From the NCBI GenBank assembly GCA_043228905.1, contig JBHGNT010000007.1:2418001-2482000 (forward strand): a stretch of 64,000 nt of DNA, written 5' to 3'. The position numbers and the translations under genes are program-made. Under the pieces are notes generated by a model. That model made no database searches, had not been told where the DNA came from, and saw only the letters and a program-made list of their open reading frames with translations. This DNA is from Azolla caroliniana (lineage: Eukaryota > Plantae > Polypodiophyta). Below are positions 12,601 to 26,200 of this stretch, one piece after another (the stretch's first letter is position 1; each line of letters begins with the position of its first letter).

Positions 12601-14723
12601 TTCAATCGCTCTTCTAACCTGGTATAAACAGTGTCGATTTTATCAAGTTGTACTCCAAAACATGACTCTGCTAGTTCCAATGTAGCATGTCGATCTATTG
12701 AATAATGTTGACGCTCAGCAGCTAGCCAACACTGATTAACAAACATAAACAGTCATGTGAATTACAATATGAAGGAGAACCATAGTTAAGAAAGCTCGTA
12801 ATCACTTATAACCCAATACCAGTGATAACTCAATAGCATGTAAAAGACTCTTCTCCTTGGGGAGCTTGAAAAAACTCCCAACTGAATAAAGCAGCTGCTC
12901 CACAAGTACTGCAGTGTCTGACTGGGAAACGAAACATACCAAACATCATAAGAATTTTTACTATTCATTCAATTCTTCTCTTCAACACAGAGTAACACTG
13001 TAAAATAGGAACTGAAGCATTATATTGACTAGAAGAAGATTGTTGATGGTTAAAATCTTCCCAACACTCATCTAATCTCACCCAAATGAAAAAAGATATA
13101 ACCCAAACTATACTTTTGTGATAGTACCTGGAATTGCAATGCCAGACAGAGCTTTTCAAGATCAGGCTTCATGCTTAGCAGCAGCTGTTGCTGTTCTGAT
13201 TTTCCACCACCAACACCAGTCTCACTCAAGCCATCACTACTTGAAATAGGTTCACCATTGATACCACCTGCTGTAACTCCCTGAGCCCCTCTTTCTTCAT
13301 TATCAACCACTGTGTTAACTACACCTGTGCTCCCCACTCTTGAATTTTCATGCAACTCATTATCTATAGAATGTAAATCCGTCTCACCAGAAGTCCCTTT
13401 CACGCCTTTCACTGCATTATGCTCGAGGGGGTCAGCAAGTTTCCGCTTCTTTCTTTGAGACTCTTCTTCCTCTTCCTGAGAATCTTCCATGTTATGTGAA
13501 ATGACAACAGGATCTTCCCGGTATTGCACTTTCTTTCGAGTCCTCAGTCCCCTAACATGTCCATCTGTAGCTTCAGCTTGCCTATCCTTCAGCAATTCCA
13601 TCCAAAACTCTATAGGAGAAACTTCTTCCTCTAGAAGCTCCTCCTCATTCTCTCCAAAAAGAGGAAGTCCTTTACTATACTGATTAGCTTGTCTCGGATA
13701 AATTCCAGTCTTCCAATGTGGACCAACTTCAATCCCTGATTGACAGGTTTCAATCCCAAGGAGAAAATTTATGCTTTCTATAGGGTAAGCTAACTCCTCA
13801 GATGGTAATTCCTGTTCCTTGTGTTTATCAAGTACTTCAAAGTTCCTCTGAGCTCCCCATCTCAATAATCTTTGGCACAATGCAAGTGTAAAGTTATAGT
13901 GGCTGGAATCAAGTTCTGAGTTCCTTCTAGCTGAAATGAGAGCTCTTTCCTCAATTGTGTGAGGACAATAAAGCCTGCATATCGGAACATGCTCCAAGTC
14001 CCTAACTGAATACATTCTCAGGAGAGCATGTACATCATTCTGAGGATTCCAATCACTATCAAATATTACTATACAGTTTATAGAACGAAGTTTGATAGAA
14101 GGTACACATGCCCTCCTATCAAGTAAAAATACAAAGCATTCAGATTCGGTAGCATTAAAGCGCTGCAAGGCAGCTGTCTTCTTGCTGCTAAGAAGACCTC
14201 CATCAAGACGTTCATAACAGTTCACTCCAAACTGCTGACGCACATAGTCATCTAAAATGTCCATTTGACTGCCTTTTCCACTTCTCAAATGTATCTGCAT
14301 CATGAAAATCATCTTTATCAAAACTATAATTCTTGGACAATGATTAAAATTCAAGCGCCAATTCATTTATGGCAAAAAGATATTTCCCTGTGTTGAGGAA
14401 CTGTACAAGCAACGTAAGGGGGTAAACACATTATAATATAACAGTTTCCGGATACATTCCAGAGGGTTTACAATGTGGGAATCAGAAAATGTTTACCTGC
14501 ATTTTTTATTGAATGTTTTCTTTGGTCTTTTATCCATATGTTTTCTCTCTTGTTATTAGCATGTCAATGTTGGAGGGCCATTTTCAGGAGCAAACTAGTA
14601 GTGTTTATGAACTTAAACAATAATAATAGCATTTTTATAATAACCTATTGCCCAGAATTTGAACATTGAGCATGCAACCTTAATATTGCAAGGGAAAAGC
14701 TTTGCCTGATACAACTACACAGC

Positions 14724-14774
<51 letters not shown>

Positions 14775-17167
14775 TGTATGTATGTATGTATGTATATTTG
14801 AATTTGAATTTTCGGAATAATTGATAAAACATCCAAAGTCTCTGATATGATTCATAAAGGCAATGTAATGTCATGTTTTTGTCATAGCTGGCCAACCATA
14901 TTTTTAGATGCTTTCTCTAAGATGTTTTAGAATCTTTAAATTTGATATAGCAGGATATTTAGATAAGTATTATACCTATCCAAAATAAAGGCTGTAACGA
15001 ACATGGTGATTCAACAGTTAGAAATAGAGCTGCCAAATTTGTGATTAAATCATGAACAATTTATATATTCATGATATGGTAGCGTGAAAGGATGACTGAT
15101 TTATTACATGTACAAGTATTGAAGTTTCCCATCAATAAGAGGTCTCCATCCTTGAATATCTTATCATATACTTATTGAATGTAGAGCACAGGGACTTCAT
15201 GTGTGGAAAACATTTTTACTCCAGTGGTAGAAAGTAGCCTGAATCAATAAAAAAACTCTTGAAATCTATCTATTCTTATCTGCCACAAAAATTGTGATTT
15301 AATTGTAGTATTGCCTTCTGAAAGGATGACTAACTATTATCTGTACAAGCATTTAAGTCCCCCACCAATATGATATCTTTTAATACACTCGTCGAGTGGA
15401 CTGTGGAAGATTTCTCATAAAGTGGTTTTCATCTGTGAAGGTAGGGAGATCATTCTTGTGGATACCCTACCCCACTAAGAGAGCTCGTTGAGTTCTAGGT
15501 GAAAGATGTGGCAAAGCTGATCCCTGCCCATTCACAATGAGGAAAGTAAAGGTGCAACAAGGCTAGTCCATCACCCTCCTTAAAGAAGTAAAGTGTCCTC
15601 AGGTCTCATAGTAAATTGTGCAGTGGCATAGTTCGTGCTCCTCATATGCACTCCTATATTTGAGTCTCTATCTCCAACAAATGTGATGTGGTGCAGACCT
15701 TGTGAGGTGGTTTATCTATGCTGAAAAAATGAGTCAAACCACAATCCCATTTGAGTATATCAACATGAAGTATTGCCCAAACTCACAAACTTACTAAGAC
15801 TCTAGACCCAACCTGAAATGACAAGGAAGCTCTATGTATAATGATATAAAGTGGCTGAACCAATATATGCCACTCCTCTCAATCCCTGAATTTGTATGTG
15901 ATAGACACAGAATTTGAAAAACATGATGCATATGAAGAATATGATGTAGGATCCCAACTAATCTATAGAATATATACTCATTTTAAATATTCTCAGGTAG
16001 TTAAATATAAGCACATATTATATGTATATTGCGCTAACTATATGTGGTACATGTGTGTACCTATGTGTATATGTATGCAAATATACATATATCTATATAT
16101 ATCCAGAAGTTAACAGAGTGTCTCCATTTTATTTCTAGTTTTGGAAACTCTTTCCCCTTTCCCAGCTGTGATGGAACCTATGATACAAAGCGGTAGAATC
16201 AATATACCTCACTCACTTAAGTTCCTGAATTGTGGATTCCACAAGATGGGATACCCCTAGTACTTCTCAGAAATGTCCGGTGAATGTATATTTCATAAGG
16301 TCACTAAGATTTACAGTCTCACAAGAATTTTATGAAGAGTTAAAATACCGTTTATGAAAACCTATAAGATCTCTCAGGATCTCCTAACTGTTGACTTCAT
16401 TTTCTGTATCTTGAAGTTACAGGCCCCTTGAATTGAAGGCCAGAGGCTTATACCTGAGAATAAAGTTATACCTATGTTTGGAGACGACATGGGTGCATTG
16501 TGAAATTCATTACGAGTAAGGTATGTCAGTAATGACATCGCTTCATCTTAATAATGTAGCACAATGTTGTAAAGCCATATATTTCGAATGCAACATCAAA
16601 GCAATCGTGTTGTAAACCCTGGATATACCTAATATAAACCACAACATACCTAATGTAAACCACAATGCTAATGGTAGTGTTATTGTCCCTGGATAGGAAA
16701 ACCAAATGGAAATTCACTAAGATACCGGAGGGATCGAGCATGGTCAAACAATAGGTTTATGGTAGAATGAAAATACAGTAATGAAAATATCAAACCTCCT
16801 AAACAGCATAAAGCACAGCACAGAAAAAGAATCCAAAATTCTGTATTTAAATAATGACCTAAATATTTTTGTCTGTCATACTTTATTGCATGTAGTTATT
16901 CTGATCTATTATCTAACCTGTGTAATAATCAACACTCGTTTTGCTGAAGATTTTGCTGCATGAAGTATCTTATCTAAAAGTTTCAATTTTCCACTCGCTT
17001 CAATTCCAAAATCCAGTAACTGCTCTGCTGTGAGGTTAAGTAGAGTCTCTTGATATGATGTATTCACCAAAAAAGGATGGTTACAAAACTGCCAAAACAA
17101 AATGGCCACTGAATTTAGTCAGAGGATCTCAGTGTACTCATGGGCCAATTTTGGCCTTAGAAGACGT

Positions 17168-17210
<43 letters not shown>

Positions 17211-20200
17211 GACGTTAATATATCTTTCTTTCTCTCTCTCTCTCATTACAATGGAAAATCAAAATGTGAAATTCAAACTCGGCATGCATTGTCACATTGA
17301 AAAACGGAATTAGAGAACAGGAACTTCAAATTTGGCAAAATGGCTGGGGCAAGTTGAGTACCGCCATGAGGGGTAGGGGGTGTGACCAAGTGTGAGGATA
17401 CATATATTCAGCATCTACTAGCTTCCACATTACAATATATCCAATTTATTATCATTATATCATATATTTTATCATTTAATTTATTATCATTAGAGTTATT
17501 AAATTTCAAAAAATTATTATTATTAAATTTCTTGTTATTCATTTTATGGCCTTTTTGTTAGATATAATCAATGATCAGCCTAAAGTTGTAAATCTATCCC
17601 CAAATGTGCTTTTAGAGTGCACATTTTGTGATAGCGCCCCAAATGAGGAGTGGCTAGTGTGCAACTCGACCATATGGGTTGATAAGGTGTTAATCTAGGA
17701 AACCGTAGATGTGTAGGACACAATGTATTTAGGAAAGAGCGAAATAGGTAATAGGATTGGCTAATCAAGTCAACTAGAATATTTTGTGAGCAAATTACGA
17801 TGTACTTAGTCTTGAAGTATGTGCCATTGACTTCAAGATAAGTACTATCTAGCATTGGCCTATATCTAGGGAATTGGATCATATTAAATGACAAGTCAGT
17901 TGACAAAAAAGGAATATCTCCACTACTATCAACTGACTTGCACATTTAATGTTATACTCAGACCAAACATAGAATATAATCCACTTTCTTACACAGTGAT
18001 TGGATTGATCATCAGTCCCCACTAATTTTGTAGTGAGTTGGTCCATATCCTATCTAAGCTCTAAGGTGTGAGCGCATGGGTAAACTACCATTGTGAGCTA
18101 CTCTCATATGTAATAGAAATTTTGTTTTCATATATCCATCTCTGTAATTGTAACTCTATATACCTATCTAATCGATTCTCAATATTTCTAACACTTTCAT
18201 GTTATTTGTCAAAATTTAGAAATGTTCTTATATGACTTTAAATGCTTTGACCCATGTTCCTCCATGTTTGCTACCACTAAATAATATGATTCTAAGCTTT
18301 TGACGTATAACTGATGGCAACATGTTCGCAGCCTCAGATCTACAGTGTTGGAAACTTGAAAGCAACTTGTTTGCTTATGAATCCAATAAGTCAGTCGTAT
18401 CATATCCATCTGAGCTTCCAACTTTATCATTAGGGATGAGGTGAAAGAAACTGTAAAGTTTACACTGATAAATTTCTCACATTTATGAATCAAGTTATCA
18501 ACTAAGGAAGAGTTAGTTAAAGAGCTGATGTAGTGGAACACTCCATGCTAGTTGCTGATGGTTAGATATGAGGAAGGGAAACGTGGTGACAAATGTAAAG
18601 CTTGCTGAAGCACATTTGATAAATGAAAAATCTAGGCAGGAGAAAATATGTTCACTTAAGAAAAAGAGAGATGTTTTAGAAGAGCAGCAGGCCACCAGCT
18701 GGGGTGATTATAGGCTTTTAATTAAAAGACTAAGCCTTGTGCAGCTAAACTAACTCCTTTTGTATAGATGAGGTTCAGCATAAGTCAGTTTGCGAAAGTA
18801 CCTCACGAAGCTTCAACAAAAGTTCGTTTGGTGTTGAAACAATATCACTGCCACGTTTGCTACGAGTGAGTGTATCCGCCTTTTCTACAAGGAACTTACA
18901 ATATTGCTTCAGCTGAAACAGTGTCATTTTCATTGGAACCCAAAATTCTTTAGGATATGTTGGTTCAGTATTGTCTTGCTTAGACTCATACACAATGTGT
19001 TTCGCTACCCGTGCCTTCAGTTCAACTAGCATATCTTCCTCATGTGACTTTTCTTTTGCTGCACCTGCCAAGTTAGAGAGAACAGACAACAAGTGCTGGT
19101 ACTCATCTACAGTTTCCTGTTCCAGAAAACCAACCAATAATTGAGATTTTTTTAACTTTTCCAATGATGATAGATTAGAAGCAAAACTCTGACCTTAATA
19201 GGCTCACTATAAAGAAGTAAGCGGAAGACAGACGCCAGTTGCCGGAGAGATTTACTGGTTTTGGCTCCTTTCAGACGTTGGGATTCATCCACAATCACAA
19301 CTTCAAAATCCAGTCCTTTCAAGAATTCTACATCCTGATACATAAAATATTACCCCAAAAACAAATCAGTGATAGAATAAATAATTGGGGGAAAAATTAG
19401 ATCAAAATACACAAGGAAGAAACAAGAATAAACCTGCAAAACTAAACCAAAGAAACTGAAATACAAATAGGACATGCTCGAGCTCAAAATGTTATAAGAT
19501 ACATAATTCAAATTTGTCAGGGATTGTTCAAGTTCCCTACCCAGTAGCTCAGTTCTAAGAAATCAATGATTTGAAATTCCACCAAAATTGTGGGCAGAGA
19601 TGATGGATTTTAAGAAATTGGACAATACTCATAAATTGCCAGTCTGGTATAAATATAAAAAATTGGGTGAATATTTGAGGACACATAAAGAAATCTAAAA
19701 ATGCAAGTACTTCAAGAACATGTACGAGAAGTTGATAACACCTAAGGAGAAGGTACACGATCATAATCACAGAATTAACTGTCATTCAAGTTCAGAAACT
19801 GTACGCAAATTAGTATTATGAGCTTAAAAGAAAAGGCTTTTACCAAGGCTAGTGTTTGTACATTACCAGATTCAGAGTATCAAAGGTCGTAAGAGCAATC
19901 TGCACCATGCAGATTCCATCCTCATTATAAAATTCATATCTTTGAATAATTTCCCGTGCCTCTTTGGATCCAGCATATACAATAACATTTGCTGCTGGCA
20001 TAAATTTCTGAAAAGCATCACTCCACTGTTCCAAGACAGGTGGTGGAACAATAACTAAACAAGGATTTGCCACCTGAAATTCTTTTAGTAAGCACAACAG
20101 AAACCCTAGGGTTGCCGTGATTCTCTCCTATAAAAGAAAAAACACATAGTGTCATAAACAAAAATGTATACAAGCAGAATTTACTGAAGTCAGATGAAAT

Positions 20201-23200
20201 ACGTCATTAGATATAACTGTATTCATGCTAATATTTTCTCTAGGAAATAGCAGTTTGCATTACATACAATTATATGCAATCAGTACTCATTAAAGAAGAG
20301 CATTCATGTTAATATCCCTCTATGTACTAACCCCTAGATCGCTTCTATTCTAGGCACAAATGTTTCCAAATGCATGTGCGTAAGGAAGAACATCCTCCCC
20401 CATTAACAAACAATTTTGTTGCATTCCCAGGCAGTATTCCACAGACAGATATAGTCTACATATTTCTACTATTTCTTGTATATCACATCCTCACAATTTC
20501 AAATATTTTGTTGCATCTCAGCCCTGGGATACTCAACTACCTAAAGCTGCAATATTTTCACTCATTAAATTTTTCTCATTTCTCATTCCCAGATTCAACT
20601 TCTGACTCTTAACTGCAATGGGTGGTATAAAGTGCCACAAAAGCAAATTTCAGTTTTAAAAGAAAAGTTTTTAATGGTATAGAGACCTCTATGCATTAAG
20701 CCACGGTTTTTGAATTTACTGGGTCCAGGTGTTAGCCTTGCTTGAGTGTCTCTAAAAGTGTCGAGCATGTTTGCAGGAGGTTACATTCTGACCCTTGTGA
20801 CAGTATGCATTTGTAAACTATATGGGTGAGAATGTGCGCATGCTAATGCTAGTGACCATGTAGAAAACATACAAGAAAAATATGTGCCCCAGGGGATTCG
20901 CACATGCACAGAGTATATGTACAAACATGTGATACATGAGACATTGGTTTGTGCAGGTCTTTTAATGCAAAGCTCAATTCTCATCCAAAAAGTGAGGAAT
21001 CAATGACATGCAAGTATCTCATGAGTTCTGAGGATTCCAGGGAAATATTAAACTTTCCATGTTCCCTTACCAATATGCTTCATTGCATGATTGTTAGATA
21101 AAGAAACTGCACTCCTAGATCTTCTTGAACAACCAAGACCCAGCACTCATGGGGATAATATTGATCCACTTTATGATGTGGGAAGACAATACTAAATACA
21201 GCTTCTATGCTTTTAAGTTCTTTTCTGTGGAAAAGCTAGTTTACATTTACACACCCTAAAACATACCTGCTGTATCTCATTCATGAAAATGCCATGTGTG
21301 CGTTTTTGCCAGAAACGACAGAGCCTCGGTATTATCTCTGTTTGGTCATGTTGAAAATTTTCTCCCCTCATCCAAGGATATTGTATTCGGAGATTTGAAA
21401 GAGCACTTGCAGACAGATTCCCACTCTGCAACTAGCAGTCAACTAGATCAGCTATAAAATTAGAGTGCAAGCTCTTCCGAGATCAAGTAACCATTAAGTT
21501 TTCTTATTAACATTTCAACAAGGATAATTTTATGGAATTTGTTACTGGAAATTTTAAAGAGATCATTAAAAATTGAAGCAGTATAGTCCATCTCATGCAT
21601 ATACCACTGATATTACCATGAATCAGCAATTTCTGAGAAGGTGCAGTGGTGAAGAACATAAAACATATTTAGAAGTGTGAAAATTTTATGACACATGTAT
21701 CAGAGGCTGTTTACATGCCTAACCACTGGTTTAGATGTGTATATTTCTCATATTCGTTAAAAGAAATTTGAATTCCAATGTGTCATAATTCTCAATTTTC
21801 TGAAACAATATAAGTAAATAAGTCTAGCATCACTAAAATTTAAGGATCTTCAGTGTTGATGACACATATTCATTGTTTTGTCAATTAGGGTAACCGCTAT
21901 TTTTGAATTCCATCTATCTATTATCTTATCTATGAGCACGAGTTAAAATAGACATTAGTGGTTCTTATTAGTCACATTTGGCAAATTTTCGGCTTCCACA
22001 ACGTAGATATGACAATATGGGTAGACAAATTCTGATAATGAAGCTAAATGGATGTTCATAAATGAAGAACTAAGCATCAACACTATGCATTAGCATGAGC
22101 ATTAAGGCACTCTTACAAACTTCCTAATGCATTTCTCTATATTTGCTGTGTAATTAGAGCACAATTGAAAATACCGAAATAGTAATCATGTATACCTTCA
22201 CAGACTTGTTACGCTCTCTTACTCTCCCAGATCGAGCTTCATAGTCTTTTATTAACTCTCGCATCTGGATGCTATCAAGAGGAGTCCTGTCTGCAAATTC
22301 CCAAGTGCAGAACTCATATCCCAAATTTTTCCATTTAATGCACCATTCCACACAACTGGCAGATTCACCCAGAGAAGATTCTCCGATGTGTTCTTCAAGT
22401 CTCTTGGAGAGCATTGTTATTCGTTTTCCAATTACTCTGTCTGGGTTAGCCCAGTCTGGATCCCACTTGGCCGTCTGTAGAAAACAGACAAAATGATTAT
22501 TCTAGCACTTTCAACCCTTAGTGTATACCTTTATATGACTAAATAATCTAGAATGGCCTATGAGAGCTTATGAAACGCACAATCGTTGACAACTCTATCA
22601 ATGGCTGTAGCGAAAGAATAATAGCTCACCTCTAGCTTCTAAAACTAAACAGCTGAACATATGTGATCAGGTGTGACCAACACTACCCAGCTTCAGTGCC
22701 TGATCATTAAAACTAAAAATGCTGGAATATATCTGTCATCTCTAATTGAACCAGGCAATGACATATATGATGATTTCAAAGCTGGCAGATGCAGTTCTCT
22801 AATGGGAGTGGAAGAGCATCATTTAAGTCTAAACATTTGTAATTATAAGACAAGACAAGAAGACTACCCATGCCTCTAGGGAGGGAGGGGGCAATGAACA
22901 AAACAGTTTATGAAGACCTGATTGCAAAATTTAGCTGTGTAAAACAAATATATAATACATGCAGGTTAATAGCCTAAATCAATACAGATTCGCTTACATG
23001 AAACCACGAACATTAGAAGAGGAAGCACACTCAAACTTATTAATCAAAGAAAATAAATTATATGTACACACAGATGAATATACAAGCCTAAACATGAGAA
23101 GTTCAACTCGTGGGGTGCACATACTTATTACAGCGCTCACGCACAATGTAGCATTAAGATTCATATTTCAATAAGCATATTAAATCTTTTAAACCAATAT

Positions 23201-26200
23201 GAAGTCAGTAATACAAAGTGCCACATGTTGCACCAGCTTTTTCTAAATGAAAATTCATACGAAAATCGCAAGCATCAAAGGAAGAGATAACTACAGATTT
23301 TCTAAGATAACAGCCAATACAGATTTGATGGCATATGATGAAAATATCAGCCTCTTCAAATATACAATAGTAAATCAGTTCATCACAAATATACAAATGG
23401 TTGCAATAATGCAGAAAAATGGAAATACCTATGAAATTCCAGCAATAATTACACTCACATATCCCACTATAGACTCAGAGAAAGTTATTAGCGATACTAC
23501 CATTTGAGATTATTTGTCTTTTTAGAGTAGGGAACTTGAAATACAAGATGTAGTTGTTTATCATACTCAACGAACAGTAAAGAAGAAACTAAGACCTCAT
23601 ATAGTTACTGCCATCATCTTAACGATTTGTAAATGCTGTTGAAGTTTCAAATATTTTGCATAGCAAAGAATCCACATAAAATGCAGTCGCATATTACCTT
23701 GCCTTGTTCAAGCTTTTTCTTGAAACTGCTAAGAAGCTTGGGAGCTTCTTTGAGAACCGTGGCCTCAGCCAGCCATATGTTTTGAGAATGGGACACACCC
23801 CTATACTTCACAAAATATACAGTGCTACCAAGTTCTGTTTCATGCAGACAATGTGCTTCAGTGAACAATAATGATTCTTTTGAACTGTAAAGCACAACAA
23901 AGAGGAGTCGTGTAGATACCAGGAACATTTTCATTTATTTTTCTTTGGTGTATGTTGTTTTCCCCTTCACTGATGCAGCTTTCATCTTCTTTTACATCCC
24001 AAATCGACTCTATACCCTCTGAAACAGAATGCACTCCAAAAGCAATCCTCTTATAAGCACAATCAGGACAATACCAATCATTTGGGGGTACATCCTTCAG
24101 AGGAGGATCCAAACATCCTATGTGAAATGTTATTTTACAATCCTTCCCGTCACAACATCTGCATAATGTTTTCAGTCAGTATGTTCATGGACTACTATTA
24201 TACCTATTTAAAGAAACAAACGAGAAAACTTACATGAGCTTTCCTTCTTGTTTGCATTTATTACAGACACTGTCATGATTATCTCTGACACCCCATTGTT
24301 GAATAATCTGAATTCCAGGTTGTACACTGTCAAATCCTGTTTCCTTTCCTGACTCTGTTTTCAGCATTGTTCTTACTGGTGAATTATTCCTGTAGAAAAA
24401 TTTCCTCCATCAAAAGTTGTAAAATAAATGCAAGGGTTATTGTTGGAAAACATCTAAAATGTGATACTCAATAAATATTAATATTAATATACAAGGAGAT
24501 TAAGATAGTAAAAATAATGAGGTGTTAATAAAAGACAGGTATATTGGCAATGATGAATCTTTCATCAACTCAAGTATAACAATGACTCAAGCACATACAA
24601 TTAAGATTGCTATTGTACAAATTTGGACTTTTGTTATCTAAACCTTCCCTTTTGCACACATGGCTCCATATTTGGCATGGGAGAGATTGTACCGAATATT
24701 GTGCACTGTGTGATTCTTGCCTGTTTATTAGTGTCAAAAAAGTCATTCCAAACCAAACTTGTATTTTTCCAATATGAGTGATTTCTAAAAGCTCATGTAG
24801 AAAAGGTATGCTTCTTCTCAAACTCCGTATTATTTATCTTGTCCATGGCATCCCCGGATTTTGAAATAGTCTGAACATGTAGAGATCCTTGTCTTGGATC
24901 TGATATTTCGTGGAACCTGTACAGCTAAGTATTCTGTATAAGAAGTTTCAGTTTATGGTTGCTGCTATGAGATTAGTCAAGATTCCTGCAAATTTTAAGT
25001 TGATGCTTCCTCTGTTAAATTTCTAGTAATAAGGGTAGACGCCTCCGACTTCATCATACGGCAATAAAGGTGAAATGCAACTCATAGGTCCAATATGCAA
25101 GAATTCTGTACTGACAAGAACTCCTAGAACCATGAATGGTCCATTTTTATATCAGTTTTTGAGCTTGAGTCTCAAAGCATTTTCCTTACCCTACTCAATA
25201 GCTTTATTATTTGCTCAACTAAGACATACCTCATGGAGGGTGTAAACTTGGGTGGTTTTACTCTTGATTAGATCTTTCTTGTACAGAATAACTTGGTAGC
25301 CTCAAAAGCGCATATCAAAACATCAATTAGTCAATGCCAAGAGAGGGTACCATATATGTGACCAGTACTTGCATCAAAATTCTCAACTTGTCTTATTTTA
25401 TCATATTCCATAACTCATCCAAGACAAAGGCATATATGTATCACTTCTTGTCATTGCATATTTTGATGACTGTAATACGTGAAATTGCTCAACTGATTTA
25501 TGAAGTTAGAATAGATTTCAGAAAGAAGGCATAAGATGCATATGCTTGACACATAAATTTCCTGATCCCTTATCATACTGGAGTACAAAAACAATTCGCT
25601 ACAAAAATTCTGAAAAATAGTTTTATTTATTAGTAATTATGGACAATTGTGATATTTCCAATGAAATATCACACACATGGGCATGATGCATCTCAATCTC
25701 TTTTGGAAACTAGACTCAGCTTCAGCTAGAATCAATTCTGGGGCTCAAGCACACATTTTGTACAATTGTGATGTTTCAAAGGAAATCCTGTAGGCATATG
25801 GATTGCACATCCCAGCCTCTTTCAAAAACTAGATTCAGATGCATTTAGAATCACTCTTAGGGCCCAAGCACCTCTTTTGTCCCCTAAGATTCTTATCTTA
25901 AATGATCAACAAGAATTTAAGCTTTTCCGTGTCCAAGGGGATATAAGAGAAAAATGTATGCAAATAATTAATCAGGGAAACATTGTCCTCCTTTCGAAGC
26001 CAAGTAAGTGAAAGACAAAATTTCAATCATATTTAAAACGAGACTCTCATAATCATTTGTAATAAGTCATGAAGGATACATAATAATAATAAAACAATAA
26101 ATAATTAAGATAAAGTATGCACTCAAACAACTAAAATAGGGTAAGTAAAGAATAATTACCTAAAATGCTTCTGAGGATGCTCATTCTGGTTATCAGACAA

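Noticed and set aside
15540-15790. Possible LINE 3' remnant in MOM1 intron 11
   Set aside because: The resemblance is faint, with no tail, TSD or clear motif.
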